Below are positions 26,301-37,951 of a stretch of DNA of 64,000 nucleotides, one piece after another. This stretch comes from Nymphaea colorata. Its lineage: Eukaryota. Under the pieces are notes generated by a model, which made no database searches, was not told the origin of the DNA, and saw only the letters and a program-made list of their open reading frames with translations. Within the stretch, counting starts at the first letter, position 1. Each line of letters begins with the position of its first letter. Made by a program: the position numbers and the translations under genes. Location: positions 12,400,001 to 12,464,000 of the forward strand of contig NC_045138.2 of assembly GCF_008831285.2 (NCBI RefSeq), read 5' to 3'.

Positions 26301-29300
26301 TTTTAACATATCTCATAGCATCAACCGATCTATGCGGTGTTTCCAAGGACCCCAACAAAGGAGGAGGTGGAGGCAACATACATGTGTTGCCATTAGAGGG
26401 TGAATGTGGATTGGTGCTTGGGCGATTTTCTGCACCGCCACCCACTGGAGGTTGGTTCTCAGAATGACCTAGCGTAGATAGATCACACATTGTTAACACA
26501 TCCCTTAACATCCCCATGATCGCATGTTGATATGCTAAGATCGACTAGACATGCAGGTCGATATCAGTGATTCTCTAGCTGAGTTCTTTGTAGCTCTTCT
26601 CAACCCTGTACAGACGTCCCGCGATGGTCTAATGGTCTTCCTGTGCCTGCTTTCGAAGGCCATCAAGCGCTGCCAAAGTTTCTTTAGTAGTCATCAGCTC
26701 TGATGCCAATGGTAGTGTCGGCCACCCTAAACACACATTAACAGGCACATAGAAACAGAAATAACCCTCTAAGCTACGGTTACTAAAATTGCATTCATCA
26801 AAATCATATAATCGGATTCACCTGCCCGCAAGGTATTTATATGGTGAATACATAGATGGGTGAGGATACTGAACCCAAGACCCACTTATTGACCTCTTAT
26901 GCTAACTTGTGGTATTTGTTGAAAGGGGCCTCAACTCCCCATGTCTATCAATCCTAGAGACATTCATGGAACATATCTGCATCAAAGTCAATTGGAAGTA
27001 TAAATTGAAGCAATGTTTTCTGTATCGTACGATATGCTTGTATATCATAAACGTATCATCAGCATGATACGATAGGGGTAAAACCACAAATATATCTATA
27101 GTCTCCCTCTTCTTCAGACGATACTTCCTCAGCAACCCCTCTTTAACAAACCCAGCCTTTTCCAGGACCCACTGTGATCCCACATGCGGAATAATGGCAA
27201 TGGTGTCGATCCTTTCAATCTCTAGGAACTCTCAGAAGATCGCAGAGATGGCCATCTTCACGGTTTCCATGGCGATGCCTTTGCCTCAATTCTCAGAGGC
27301 TAATCTAATGCATACCAAATCTCTCCCCAACAACACTCAATGTCCAAGCCCTGCTTGAAACTTGAAAGTCATTTGGCCGATGGGGCGGCCGTTGAGGCAG
27401 ATGGCCTTGGCGCATGGGTGAGCGATCAGGAAACTCTCAAGGAACGATTGAACATCCTCTTTGCACTGAAAAGCATCTCACCAACACAGTTAAGCTACGC
27501 AATCGTAGGCGAGCCATGCCATGACATCCAAGAGGTCGACAAGCTCAAACGGCCAGAGTGCGATGCAGAGTTCCTTCTTCTCCTCATCAAATGAGAGGGA
27601 GGGTGCGATTGAGAGAGAGAGAAAGGAGGGGGCAACGACTCAGGGTATACGCTATGCTACTTTTGTGATACATTACGATATGGCCTATAGGTCAGCCCGC
27701 CTATACGCATTACGTTATGCCTTTCACAACCCGACTGATATGCGTTGCGGTATGCCTTTTACAACATTGTATTGAAGACATGAAAACTACTTAAGAATTT
27801 TAATATTTAAAATATTAGTGTGGGTTTTCTAAAATGATGGTAACAATTGGAAAACATATAGTATTTCCCCTAGTACATCTAGGGATTAGGTTGGCACTAA
27901 CTTCACCAGTTGCAACAAGTGTCGAGAGAGCATTTCCAACTATAAACATTATCAAAAACTTGGCTTCGTAATAAAATGGGAAATGAAAAACTTGGCTTCG
28001 TAATAAAATGGGAAATGAACGGATTAATGATGCATTGGTTACTTACATTAAGAGGGACACATTTTATAGTATCAGTGATGAATTGATTGTCCACTGTTTT
28101 CAAAACATGAAAGCAGACAAGGCCAATTTTAAATTTTGTTCATGACTATGGTTTTTTTATTTGCATTTTGGAGGTCAATTGCAAATTTGTTCATATCTAT
28201 AGTCATTTGATTTGCTTTTTTGGAGGCCAATTGTAAATTTCTTCATATGACGCCAATTGTAAATTTTTTCATAACAATAACTATTTGATTAACGAATTTT
28301 ACGTTTCTTCACAACTATAGCTATTTGTTTCATTTTTTTAACTTGCAAGTTTTCTCATGTACTATGTATTAATGCCCCTCAACTCAAATATTTCTTGACA
28401 AAGCTGAAAATCTAGAGAAAAAGTCCGACAATTTTTTAGAAAAGAAAAAATTCCTAAAAATTAGGAAAAAATAAAATAAATAAAAAACTGACAAGAAAAC
28501 ACAAAAAAATAACTTGATAAAATTATCAAAATGATGCTTACAAGTGAGTGTATGTTTGTTAAAATGCAAAAATCTCAATGGCACATGAGCTAGATCTGGG
28601 CGAAATGCTAATTTAAATTTAAACTTACCTTGAACGGAGTTAAAGTTAACAACTCAAACCTTGTTTTAACTTTTAAGCGTACAGTCAGATCTTAACTAAA
28701 CATTTGCATATGAAAACAACCATTCAAACTCGAAAAGAAGTAAATCTATATACAAGATTAAGAGCTAACATATAGTTGTTACGAATTAACATTCTAGAAA
28801 TGTGAATTTAATTATTTAAGCTCATTAAATAACTATTTGAACACAAAAATATGCATTTATACATACATATGGTGGTATCCTTTCAGAAAAATGGTTAATT
28901 TTGCAAAAAGTTTCAAAAACATACTTTGCCTTTATGAAAATTACCAAGCAGAACACTTAAGTTTCAGAAAATCTTCATAAGCATGTCAGCTTTTCTCAAA
29001 ACCTTGCAACATGCCTAGTTTTAGGATTTCTCAGAGCCATGCTTAAATTTTGGGGAAAAAAATTCTGGAACAAGACTAAATGTCCATGTATTTACAAAGA
29101 TGTGTTCTATGAGCAGTTGATCTGTTGTATACTGTCTAACATAGTCTATCTTAAACACATTTGAGTTAAGAGAGGTGTATCTTTGAGCATTTGTTTATCG
29201 ACTATGCATGAAAATGCAATTTTTCAAGGCATGTTTCTTAAACATGACAACATTAGGTACATTCTCGTAGTCGTTTTAAGCACAAGATTATACACACTAC

Positions 29301-32032
29301 ATGCACGTACAGAACTAGTAGCACCATGTTGATGACATCTTCAAGATCCTTAAGTTTGTTGCAAGCAACAAGCTTGTAGAAAATAAATAAATAAAAAATG
29401 AGATCTACCTGGTCAAAGTAAAAAGTAACAGGAATACTTACATAGTTTTGGAAACTGAAAGTGCTTACAAAGGAAAGAAACAATATTTCAAGACATGCAG
29501 TAAGGCTTTCAGGATAGTCCAAAGAAGGGAGATGCTAAAGAATGAAGATAATTTAGGCTTCACCCCTTGACTGCTTGACATATGCATACGAAAAGGAGTC
29601 AGCAAGCAACTCCTTTAGGAGGAACTACTACTTGATTATGAGAAACAGAGATCTTCTATTTCCCCTAAAATTCAACTCATTCTAAGGCCTAATCCCACGG
29701 GCAGCATACCACTATTGTTGCTCAAAACTGTTTACTTTTCATAGACATATTAATGCTAACCATGCAGTCAGCAATATTCAAAGGCTACATCAAAGCAGTT
29801 TAAATTATTCATTAAATAAAATAGCATAAACTTGTGTAAAAAAATACAAAAATCAAAAGTATATTTTTAACCAAGATTGAAAATGACACATATTAATTGA
29901 CAATGCAAGATAGAAATGCACAATACCTCCTGCCGGTTGTGGGATAATGCTCACATCTTCCATGATCCCCATTGTTAGAACTGTTTCCACGTCTCTTTTT
30001 CCTTGTTGGAGACTATAGACCTACACATAAATAATACACAATGGTGAATAAACCCCGGATGGAAAGAACAAAGAGAAACTTCTTCCTGCCACTACCCGTG
30101 AGCCCATAAATGATAGAAACCCATATGGGATAAGCCAAGTGCATCTTGCATTGTCAGTCTTTACACAAAAGCTGGAAAAAAAAAAACATTTATAGGCTGT
30201 TTCTACATGTCACTCAACAGAGACCGAACCTAGAAAAATTTGTGAAAGGAGGGTTTTATGGCACCCTTCATTTTCTGAAAACCTAGTCACCCACAAAAAA
30301 AAAAAAAAAAACTCTTTTTTCTTGGTTGCTTAGCATTTGAATTTTGAATGGTTTAAAAGGAATCAAGGATATATGCAAGATGAAGTGGTAACAAATTATA
30401 GTTACATGTGTGTATGTGTGTGAGGAATCTCTGACAACCTCAAAGCCAGAAGATAAAGAAGCACTACAACAGGCAGAAGAACCATAAAATACTTGAAGAC
30501 ACATAGAGATCCAGAAGGATATGAACCAGAAGAAATTCAAGAGAAATATATCATATTTGACTGGATGTGCCAATTGATTTTCCAAAGGCCGATAGAGACA
30601 TCATTAGCTACGCTGTTTTAGCAAAACTTACAATGAGGAGTAAGAAAAAAGGGGTATGGACCAATGGATCCACACTTCACATGCCTATGTCTGTGCCCTA
30701 GAGTTCCCTGTTTTTGGCTGTGCAAAATGCAAATTATGGTTTTGCTGTGAGTACCAAGTAGTCAGAACATTAATTATCAGATTTTTAGCAAATGCTCTAT
30801 ATGTTTACTTGGAAAGTTCAAGAAGTAATGACTCGCTAGGAGTGGCAATTATTATGAGCTACCAGTTTAGATGAATTACAAGAGCCATAAGGCAGCAACT
30901 ATACCATGTCCATTGCAGAAACGGGAGCCTCTCTTGCTAACATGTTATTTAGTTCTAGAAAGACAGGAATGTAGATGACATTCCAAATGCAAAAAGATTT
31001 TCACCAAATTTTTCGATGTGCCCATTATTACAATGAGAAATCAAATACCAAAATGCCTTATATATACATGAGAAAGATTTATGAAAATATGGTTTCAAAG
31101 CCATATCAAGGAAATACAAGAGGAACAAATCATTGTGGTAGCTGCTGGTTACCAAAGTGCACTTAGCAGGGAAAAACACTAACTCACACACACTTTAACC
31201 CTCCAAAAAATGGTTAAATAGGTTCCATTAACTTCACTGCTTAAGGGGACTACACAGCCCCAAACTATTTATAAGGGTGACCACATATACAGGTCACAGC
31301 CTGGACTATCTGGTAGTAGGGATGCCTGATCACCTGCAAGTTAGCAACCAATAAATGCACACCCACCCAACTCCAAGTTAGGCCAGAAAAGCCTCTCACC
31401 GAAAGGTGATTCTCATTAATCATGTGTAACCCTGACAATGACAGAAAAGGTCACCACCAAGGATGCCATGGCCACAGTGCATGCCCAGTGCGAGCGGATA
31501 GTGGAGGCGCTGGACTGCGCTGGACAGTTTTGGTGGATGGACGCAGAGCTTCGATCGTCGGCTGAATGGGTTGGAGGGAAGATTAAACATGTCCATAATG
31601 AAGCAACAGGCGATAAACCCCATGCTCCGAGAAATATTGAAGTCGGATAACTGTACCCCTCATTCTAAATGCACAGAGACAGACGACTATGGAGGTAGAG
31701 GTCCAGGCAGTTCATCGCAAGGGTCTGGAATTGCAGCATGGAAGCCGGCAAAAATGGAGTTCCCTCATTTCACCGGTGAGGACCTGATAAGTTGGGTTTT
31801 CCGATCCAAACAATACTTTGATTGTCAGGCAATCACCGACAACCAGAGGGTCAACCACACAGCAGTGCATTTCAAGGGACCAACCATTCACTGGTACACA
31901 GATATTATATATATATATATAGACACACACACACACACACAAGAAAAGAACATTATAAAACATAGAACGGTTCACATTTTACAGAGACAAAGAGAGTGCC
32001 AGCATCTGCAAATACTTCACTACCTCTGCCTC

Positions 32033-32067
<35 letters not shown>

Positions 32068-34511
32068 TAGAGCGCGAGAGAGAAGGATAACTAATTAAGC
32101 ACAGAGGTTAAAAGTACATTAAAGGAATGCCAATAAAAGGGGAAAAAAAAACATTTTAAATGAAAATTCAAAACATTAGTTTTTTCAAAGGGGCATACTT
32201 TGGTACTAGATCGGTTAACTGGTCCCCATCATGTGCCCAACCAATTAATACATTTCTGCTTACATGTATGTGCATCTTTATACGTATATTACTGATATTA
32301 TTAGTCAAATGACTTAGACAAACTCAAACAGGCTAGTCTAACTAAACGAGTCCATCTAGGGCCTTGACCAATCTGAGTCCAACTTCGGATCTTTTACAAC
32401 AAAGGCTCCTAAAGACATTCTCAATCCTTAGAATTCAAGGTTCCAAAATAGGAAGCTAATACAGAAAAGAGATCAGATGCACCATTTCTTCATGTTTTCC
32501 AAGACAACCACTTCTATACAAAACTACGAAAGGCATTCTTTTTTCAATGTATCCATAAGAATCATATTTGTGACACAACCACACTATAGCATCCACGGAG
32601 AAGTCAATTAGATAAGACTGATAAGTAACATGAAAATCAAAGATGAGCTAGATACAACTATATAAGGATCTTTCCAAACACACCTGCCCCTTTTTGGTTG
32701 TTAGCTGTTGAAGTATTGTGTCAGGCTTTGTCTTTCCAGTAGTTGGCTCACCACTAACCTTATATAAAAAAAAAAAAGAGTTTGTTATTAATAAGAAAAA
32801 CTCAATTGAATATGCACTAGAAATGCAAAATAAGAAGGTAAGATCATTACGTTCTCCTATCAAGGAAACGAATGGCTATGTTGTTCACTTCAGCCTCTAA
32901 AACTTTTAGTTTAAGGATTCCACCAGAAAGCATCTCAACAACTGACACCTACACTCAAGAAAAACAAATGAGACAGCTAAGCAAACTAGCGCAGGTCCAA
33001 TTTTGTGGAAGAAGTCAATGCTCAACTTCAAGAGGATGAGACATTGGGCTTCACATGAAGAAACAAAAACAAACCGTTCCAAAGAGGCCACGCTCCATAT
33101 ACCACCCATTGATGGAATCTACGACTTCATCCAAGTGCCTAACATTGACAATTTTTCCTGCACAACTTGATAACACACGTTACTAAATTAAAGGAACAAA
33201 TCCTTCAATTAAGGAATTGACAACAATGTCAAAGGAAATGATAACCAAAAGAGTAGACCAGTCCCTTCTAAGGAACCTACCATATCCATCGCGGAATGCA
33301 TCTTCCAAAAACTTGGCAGGAAGAACATTTGCTCCTTCACATATCAGGCCTTGAAAGTCTTGATTCGGGTCTACCTTTTATTACCAAAGAAGTTAAAACT
33401 CGGAAAGCAGCAAAAGGAGAAGAAAATGTGCTTTTGAATTAAACTAGAAATATAAATGCTAATCACAAAAGAAACAAAAGCATATTACTCAAACAGAAAA
33501 CAGGAATAGTTGACCAAACTTTCACACACTTGATTTTTAGGAATAGCAAAGCGAGAAACATAACACCAAGTGCATCGGCATATGAATAGGGTAAAGCGAT
33601 AACCAAATGGAAGCCCGCACAAGAAAAAAATGAAGAATCGAAGAATTGCGAAATGGCAAGAAATGTATTCATTCAAAATAACCGAATCACGACAAAAAAG
33701 ATTTACAACCGTCATGATGTTTCCTTTCCAGTAATCTAAGAACAAAGAAGTGATGCAAGAACGGAATGGTGGGAATGCGCAACCCCAACGTTAAAATGTT
33801 TCCTGGGAAATGAACAGTCCAAAGGAGACAAGAGACTGAACAAATTATTTAATCAAAAGAACACCAAATTCAATTCCAGAATTATACACAAAGAAGAGAA
33901 GAATGACAAAAATGATTTTGCAAAAGACAATCAACAATTGAACAGATGATGAAATTGAAAACCGGCTAAAATGGGCGGGAAAAAACCTGAAAAATCAACC
34001 GGATGCCATCACGGGTATCGACTGCAACAGGCATGCAAGACGAGAACAACCCACTGTCGATCACCCGGAGCACATCCTCTCGCACCTCCTTAACGGTGAG
34101 CGCTGAATTCGGCCGACAGGCCTTCAGTGCTGCTGTCGCCACGGCCTCCACCTCCTTGTTCTCCAGCTCCTCTCCATCCTTGTTCCGGACCAGAACCTCG
34201 CTTATCAAAACCCTCTCCTCGTCCTCCTTCGTGTGCCGGCTCCCCCGGACAACAGCGCCGCTGACCTCTCTGTCCGGCGCATTTGCAGCGGCTTTCTCCG
34301 GCCTAGATACCACGAGGGAGGAAGCGCAGAAAAGGCCGCGGTTGCCGATATGAGGAAAGGACCGAAGGGGAATGAAGGCTTTTAGGGCTTTGGGAAGGCT
34401 GAAGGGGAACCGGTAGAGGCGACGGTGGACTGGACGCGGGATCTTTATAGAAGATGATACGAAGAGGACGGAATCCGGGCGGTCCAGGTGAGGGCTTTCG
34501 TGTTCCGACAT
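13298..34511 (-). CDS. OEP80: Chloroplast outer envelope protein 80 (Toc75-V, Omp85/BamA family), 16 exons, 671 aa
   Basis: Exons: 34511-33987, 33374-33281, 33157-33075, 32948-32851, 32753-32684, 30020-29927, 22611-22530, 22417-22382, 15668-15515, 15409-15269, 14725-14655, 14534-14456, 14360-14245, 14125-13978, 13688-13619, 13452-13298. All introns are GT-AG with consistent phases (2016 nt total). Motifs: N-terminal [16 protein letters not shown]-region [35 protein letters not shown], beta-barrel [18 protein letters not shown] and C-terminal [14 protein letters not shown]...FHFAVGYRN. Confidence 0.96.
16784..18580 (-). mobile_element. Internally deleted Ty1/Copia retrotransposon (~1.8 kb) in OEP80 intron 8
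   Basis: Two diverged ~345-bp LTRs (16784-17129, 18238-18580). PBS tggtatcagagc at 18226-18237 and polypurine tract at 17130-17138. Gag start [33 protein letters not shown] (from 18191) and RNase H end EIDFHFVRD...[10 protein letters not shown] (17305-17200). Confidence 0.92.
17306..17713. repeat. Long inverted repeat (fold-back) of Copia gag sequence
   Basis: 17306-~17510 is the imperfect reverse complement of ~17524-17713. The ORF track shows [24 protein letters not shown] on + and [24 protein letters not shown] on -. Confidence 0.92.
18610..18981. mobile_element. MITE (hAT-like)
   Basis: Imperfect TIRs aatagtcacagaaaac / gttattgtgagtatg, subterminal gccgtttaaaac repeats and a T-rich interior. 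Confidence 0.55.
19922..20346. mobile_element. MITE inserted in a (TA)n tract
   Basis: TIRs cagtgtcacaaatatc / gatatttgtgacgcta, with (TA)n on both sides. Confidence 0.8.
20392..20831. mobile_element. hAT MITE with 8-bp TSD
   Basis: TIRs ctatgttacatagg / ccatgtgacttag, TSD accttcac/acctccac (7/8) and subterminal gggtac repeats. Confidence 0.85.
22938..25860 (+). mobile_element. Decayed hAT transposon, left end plus transposase N-terminal and core pseudogene (~24410-25860)
   Basis: Left TIR ctacgtcacatgg. Frameshifted motifs: BED-finger-like [63 protein letters not shown] and [11 protein letters not shown] (DUF659-type hAT). Cut on the right by a Gypsy fragment. Confidence 0.88.
25861..26930 (-). 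mobile_element. Ty3/Gypsy fragment: PBS, gag pseudogene and probable LTR remnant
   Basis: PBS tggcatcagagc at ~26697-26708. Gag motifs [23 protein letters not shown] and [25 protein letters not shown]. The LTR extent is uncertain. Confidence 0.82.
27011..27769. mobile_element. hAT-type non-autonomous element carrying a captured host gene (Pack-type)
   Basis: Ends CAATGTT / AACATTG, 8-bp flanks aattgaag/tattgaag (7/8), and cgtat/atacg/cgatatg subterminal motifs at both ends. Confidence 0.7.
27070..27590 (-). pseudogene. Intronless GNAT N-acetyltransferase pseudogene (RimJ/RimL-like, Acetyltransf_3)
   Basis: Translation [25 protein letters not shown]...[15 protein letters not shown]...[15 protein letters not shown]...IERID...[21 protein letters not shown], with five in-frame stops. 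Confidence 0.85.
31438..31880 (+). mobile_element. Ty3/Gypsy gag fragment in OEP80 intron 5
   Basis: [53 protein letters not shown], similar to the gag at 26155-26517. Truncated at a (TA)n(CA)n tract. Confidence 0.8.
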
Positions 34512-36086
34512 CTTTGTCGAGGCTTTTCCGCCGGAAGTCAGTGGCTTGGCGACAGTAAATGGATGGAGCGGCCACTGGCTCCGGTGCGCGCCATGACTAA
34601 TAAAAGAGGACCTTCTGGATCATGATGCTAACCGGGTTACATTTCTTGTCCGAAACCGGAATGCCGCGAGGCCTGTTTTGAGGAAATTTTGGGAACACGT
34701 ACAATAACTAGCATTTTTATGTTAATAAAAACACACTTAAGTTTTTAAGTAGCTATTCAAAATGATTCAGAAAATTATTTTTAAAAAGATAATTGCTAAG
34801 TCAATTACCATTTTAACTTCTAAAAAATAACATGAAAAAATATCCTTAGCTTCACCACTACAGTTGAGTTTTTCTTAACAAAATTTTTAAAGAAGAAAAA
34901 TTACAAAACTGTGCCTGTCGAATTAGTTAATAACAAATGGTTGGCTTAACCCTTTTTTATATATTTCTTAGATCTTTGCCTCCTAATTATAGAAACTGTT
35001 AATAGAGAGGTAAATTAAATAGTTACCACTTGCCTCTATCAAATTAAATTAATAAAAAATTTAACAACAAAAAAAAGTGCAACTACCACCTGGCAGCATC
35101 CTCATGGTCCGGCAAGGCAACCTCGCTGTTTGGCAGGTGTCAAACGACCCGATCCGCCTGATGCTCATTCCAAGCATGTTGGTCAGCAAATCTGCTGGCT
35201 TTAACGGAGTTAGGAATTTTGGTTTGACTGGTATTCATTAAAAAAAAATCTATTATATACAAGTGGGCAAAGTGTTTAGAGTGTTAATATAAAAATAATA
35301 ACTTTTGTGAGGCATTGTCCAAATTGCTTATATTATATGTGTACGCATAATTTTGTGTGTCAATATGGTTGATGACTGTGATATCTTTAGTTCACTGTAT
35401 AAAAAAAAAAAAAAAAAAAAAAAAAACTTTTAAAAAACTTTTTGTAAAGCAAAATTAAAAATAAAAAGACTATCGAAAATATTTTTTAATAAATTACTAA
35501 AATATTCTTTCTTCCTTTACTTTAGTGCGCATGGTGCACCCGGGGCCGCAATTTTCTGTCATGCAATACGACACCTACTAATGGTATGATCAGTAGTCTG
35601 GTAATAAAGCGCAGCAGTTTGGAAGAGAGTGGCATCGTTGGTGAAAGCATTAAAAGCCAATCGTTGCTTACTTTTGTTGAGATTGTAGCACGCAGCCTAT
35701 CCTATGTCCAAATAGCATAAATGCTGTAGAAGAAATGAAGGGTGACAAGATCCTTAAGAAAAAAGATGTGGAACACAAAATTTAGGGCCTCCACTAATTA
35801 CAATGTCATTGTCCACGGATCATTATATAAGCTTTAAGGGTGTTCGGACTTGTGAAGATAATAATTAATATTAGAATGACTGAGGAGAAGAAGCCTTACA
35901 TCCCATGCGAAGATATTTACTCAAGACAGTCGTACTAGGCTGGAGATGCTTGATAATGATAGTGCATAATTTTTTGTCACATCTTTCACACGTTTATCTA
36001 CAGTTCTATTGCTTTCGTACCTGTGTTATTTTAGTTCTCGAGAAACCATGCGCCTAATTGCATTGAGATTAGGGTAAACCAGCAGA

Positions 36087-36523
36087 TTTAGAGTTGGAAA
36101 AGTAGTATTTTTTACAGGTTCATAATCGTATTTGGTTTTTCGAATATTCACATATTCGGGTTCGAATTCAGATTTAAATTTGAATAAACAAAAGTCATAT
36201 CTGAATTCGAATTTGAAATTTGATTTTATAATCTGAATCCGATTTTTGTATTTTTCTGAATCCAAATTTTAAATCGGATTTTGCCAATTTTAAAAATTTA
36301 ATAAAATTAAATATAGGATATTTTTCTAAAAATGAATCTGATCCAAATCTGTATCTAAATCCGAACTAATATTTATGTATATCCGAATCTGGTCGGATGT
36401 CATTTATTAAATCCGAATCCGATCTGATTTCTTAATCGAATATTAAATTTTTTTTCTAAATCAGATTTTTTTTTGGATCGAATCGGTCGGATATCCAATT
36501 CAAATCAGATATATTGGCATCCC
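36087..36523. mobile_element. MITE-like element, family of 8363..8806
   Basis: Dense atccga/aatccgaat motifs and a right end ...tattggcatcccta. Confidence 0.55.
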
Positions 36524-37951
36524 TAGACTAAAGTGGGGTACCATAACTGGTAGGATTGGTGGGCTAGAGACGCTGGTCGTGAGTTCGGTTCTCATGAGGG
36601 TTGTGCATCTATATTGTAAACGATGGATGCATTGACTCCAATTAACAGATGTCTAACTTGGACCCCGAGGATAAGGGGGAGGTTTGGCCCCTTCAAGGTA
36701 CCTCCAACCCTCTGGTTAAGGTACCTCCAACCCTCTGGTTAACCCAAATGTTGATTTGGGTAGCCAAAGTTTAGTTCAAGATGAAAAAATAATATGAAGG
36801 TAGGTCGTGATTGAATGGCTTGTATGCAGTTTTTTATTTTAGGCTTTTGGTACATAATAGGTATCATCGTGCATGAATGTTGGCATCTCCTCAAATGGAG
36901 TGATAAAAGAAAATGTGAACAGGTGAGGTTTTTAGATTGAAGAAAAGATAGGAGGAAAATGAACTGATCGCATAATCTTGTGTTTGGATGTGGGGGAGTG
37001 GAAGTGGGAGGAATTAAAAGGAAAGGTCACCCATGTTTATCTTCAGTTCCTCCGTTTTTCCAAGGGAAATTAATAAGAGCCGCTCTTTATGGAAGCTATA
37101 GTTCTACCCTCCACTGTCTTCTCTTAAGGAGGAAAGGGGCCATCGACATGCCTCTGTATACTCTTCCCCTCATTTCTCCCCTTTTTGGTCGAGATGGCAG
37201 GGAAGGCAGTATGAAAGTGCAGTCAGTTTTTTCTGTTGTATACTCAATAGTGCAAACCAAAGAATTGCCTCTTTACCCAAATTTTTCATGCCACCAATGG
37301 CAGCACCTAAAAATTTATGCAAGGGGATTATTTTCATAAGTTGGTGTCAATTATTTTTAAAAAATTATCTTGGCTATTGCAAAGATCTCATAAGTGGGTG
37401 TCAATTTGTTCAAATGCTTTCGTGTGTTGTTTTACTTGTCTTGCAACTGAGGGGATTCGTGCAATATTATTCACTTTTGTTGCTTTGGAAAAGTCTATGC
37501 ATGAAGAGGAAGCTAATAGGGCTGGAGTTCAAGTTCGTTATTAGGAGACAGATTAATGTATGAGTTTGGCCTAATTCACTTTTAATTCTGCTTAAATGGA
37601 TTTGACAACTTTAGACTTTTTTTTTATTTGGGGTTTACAATGACATTTATTTGAAAGTACATAACTTTACTTTTAAATGAAATCATACTTCTTCTTACAT
37701 CATATATATAATATCATAAGGAAAGGCATACCTAGATTTTTCGAAGGTAGGCGTAGAATGCTTTTGAACTATAATAAAAAACTTTGTTTATAACATTTAT
37801 TACAAAAAGAAAAAATTATGGGGAAGAAGTAACATAAGGAACAGTGATAATAATGACATGTCGCAACCACCAAGACAGGAGCAGGGGATTTGTTTATTTT
37901 ACTATCAGTACATGAAGAATATGAATTATCTGTTTCAAAAAAGAAAAGAAC

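Noticed and set aside
27955..28019. ~33-bp tandem duplication, with similar short ones near 36694-36741 and 43724-43761
   Set aside because: Ordinary slippage or repair duplications with no sign of function.
34003..34353. 116-aa plus-strand ORF
   Set aside because: Antisense to the GC-rich OEP80 exon 1.
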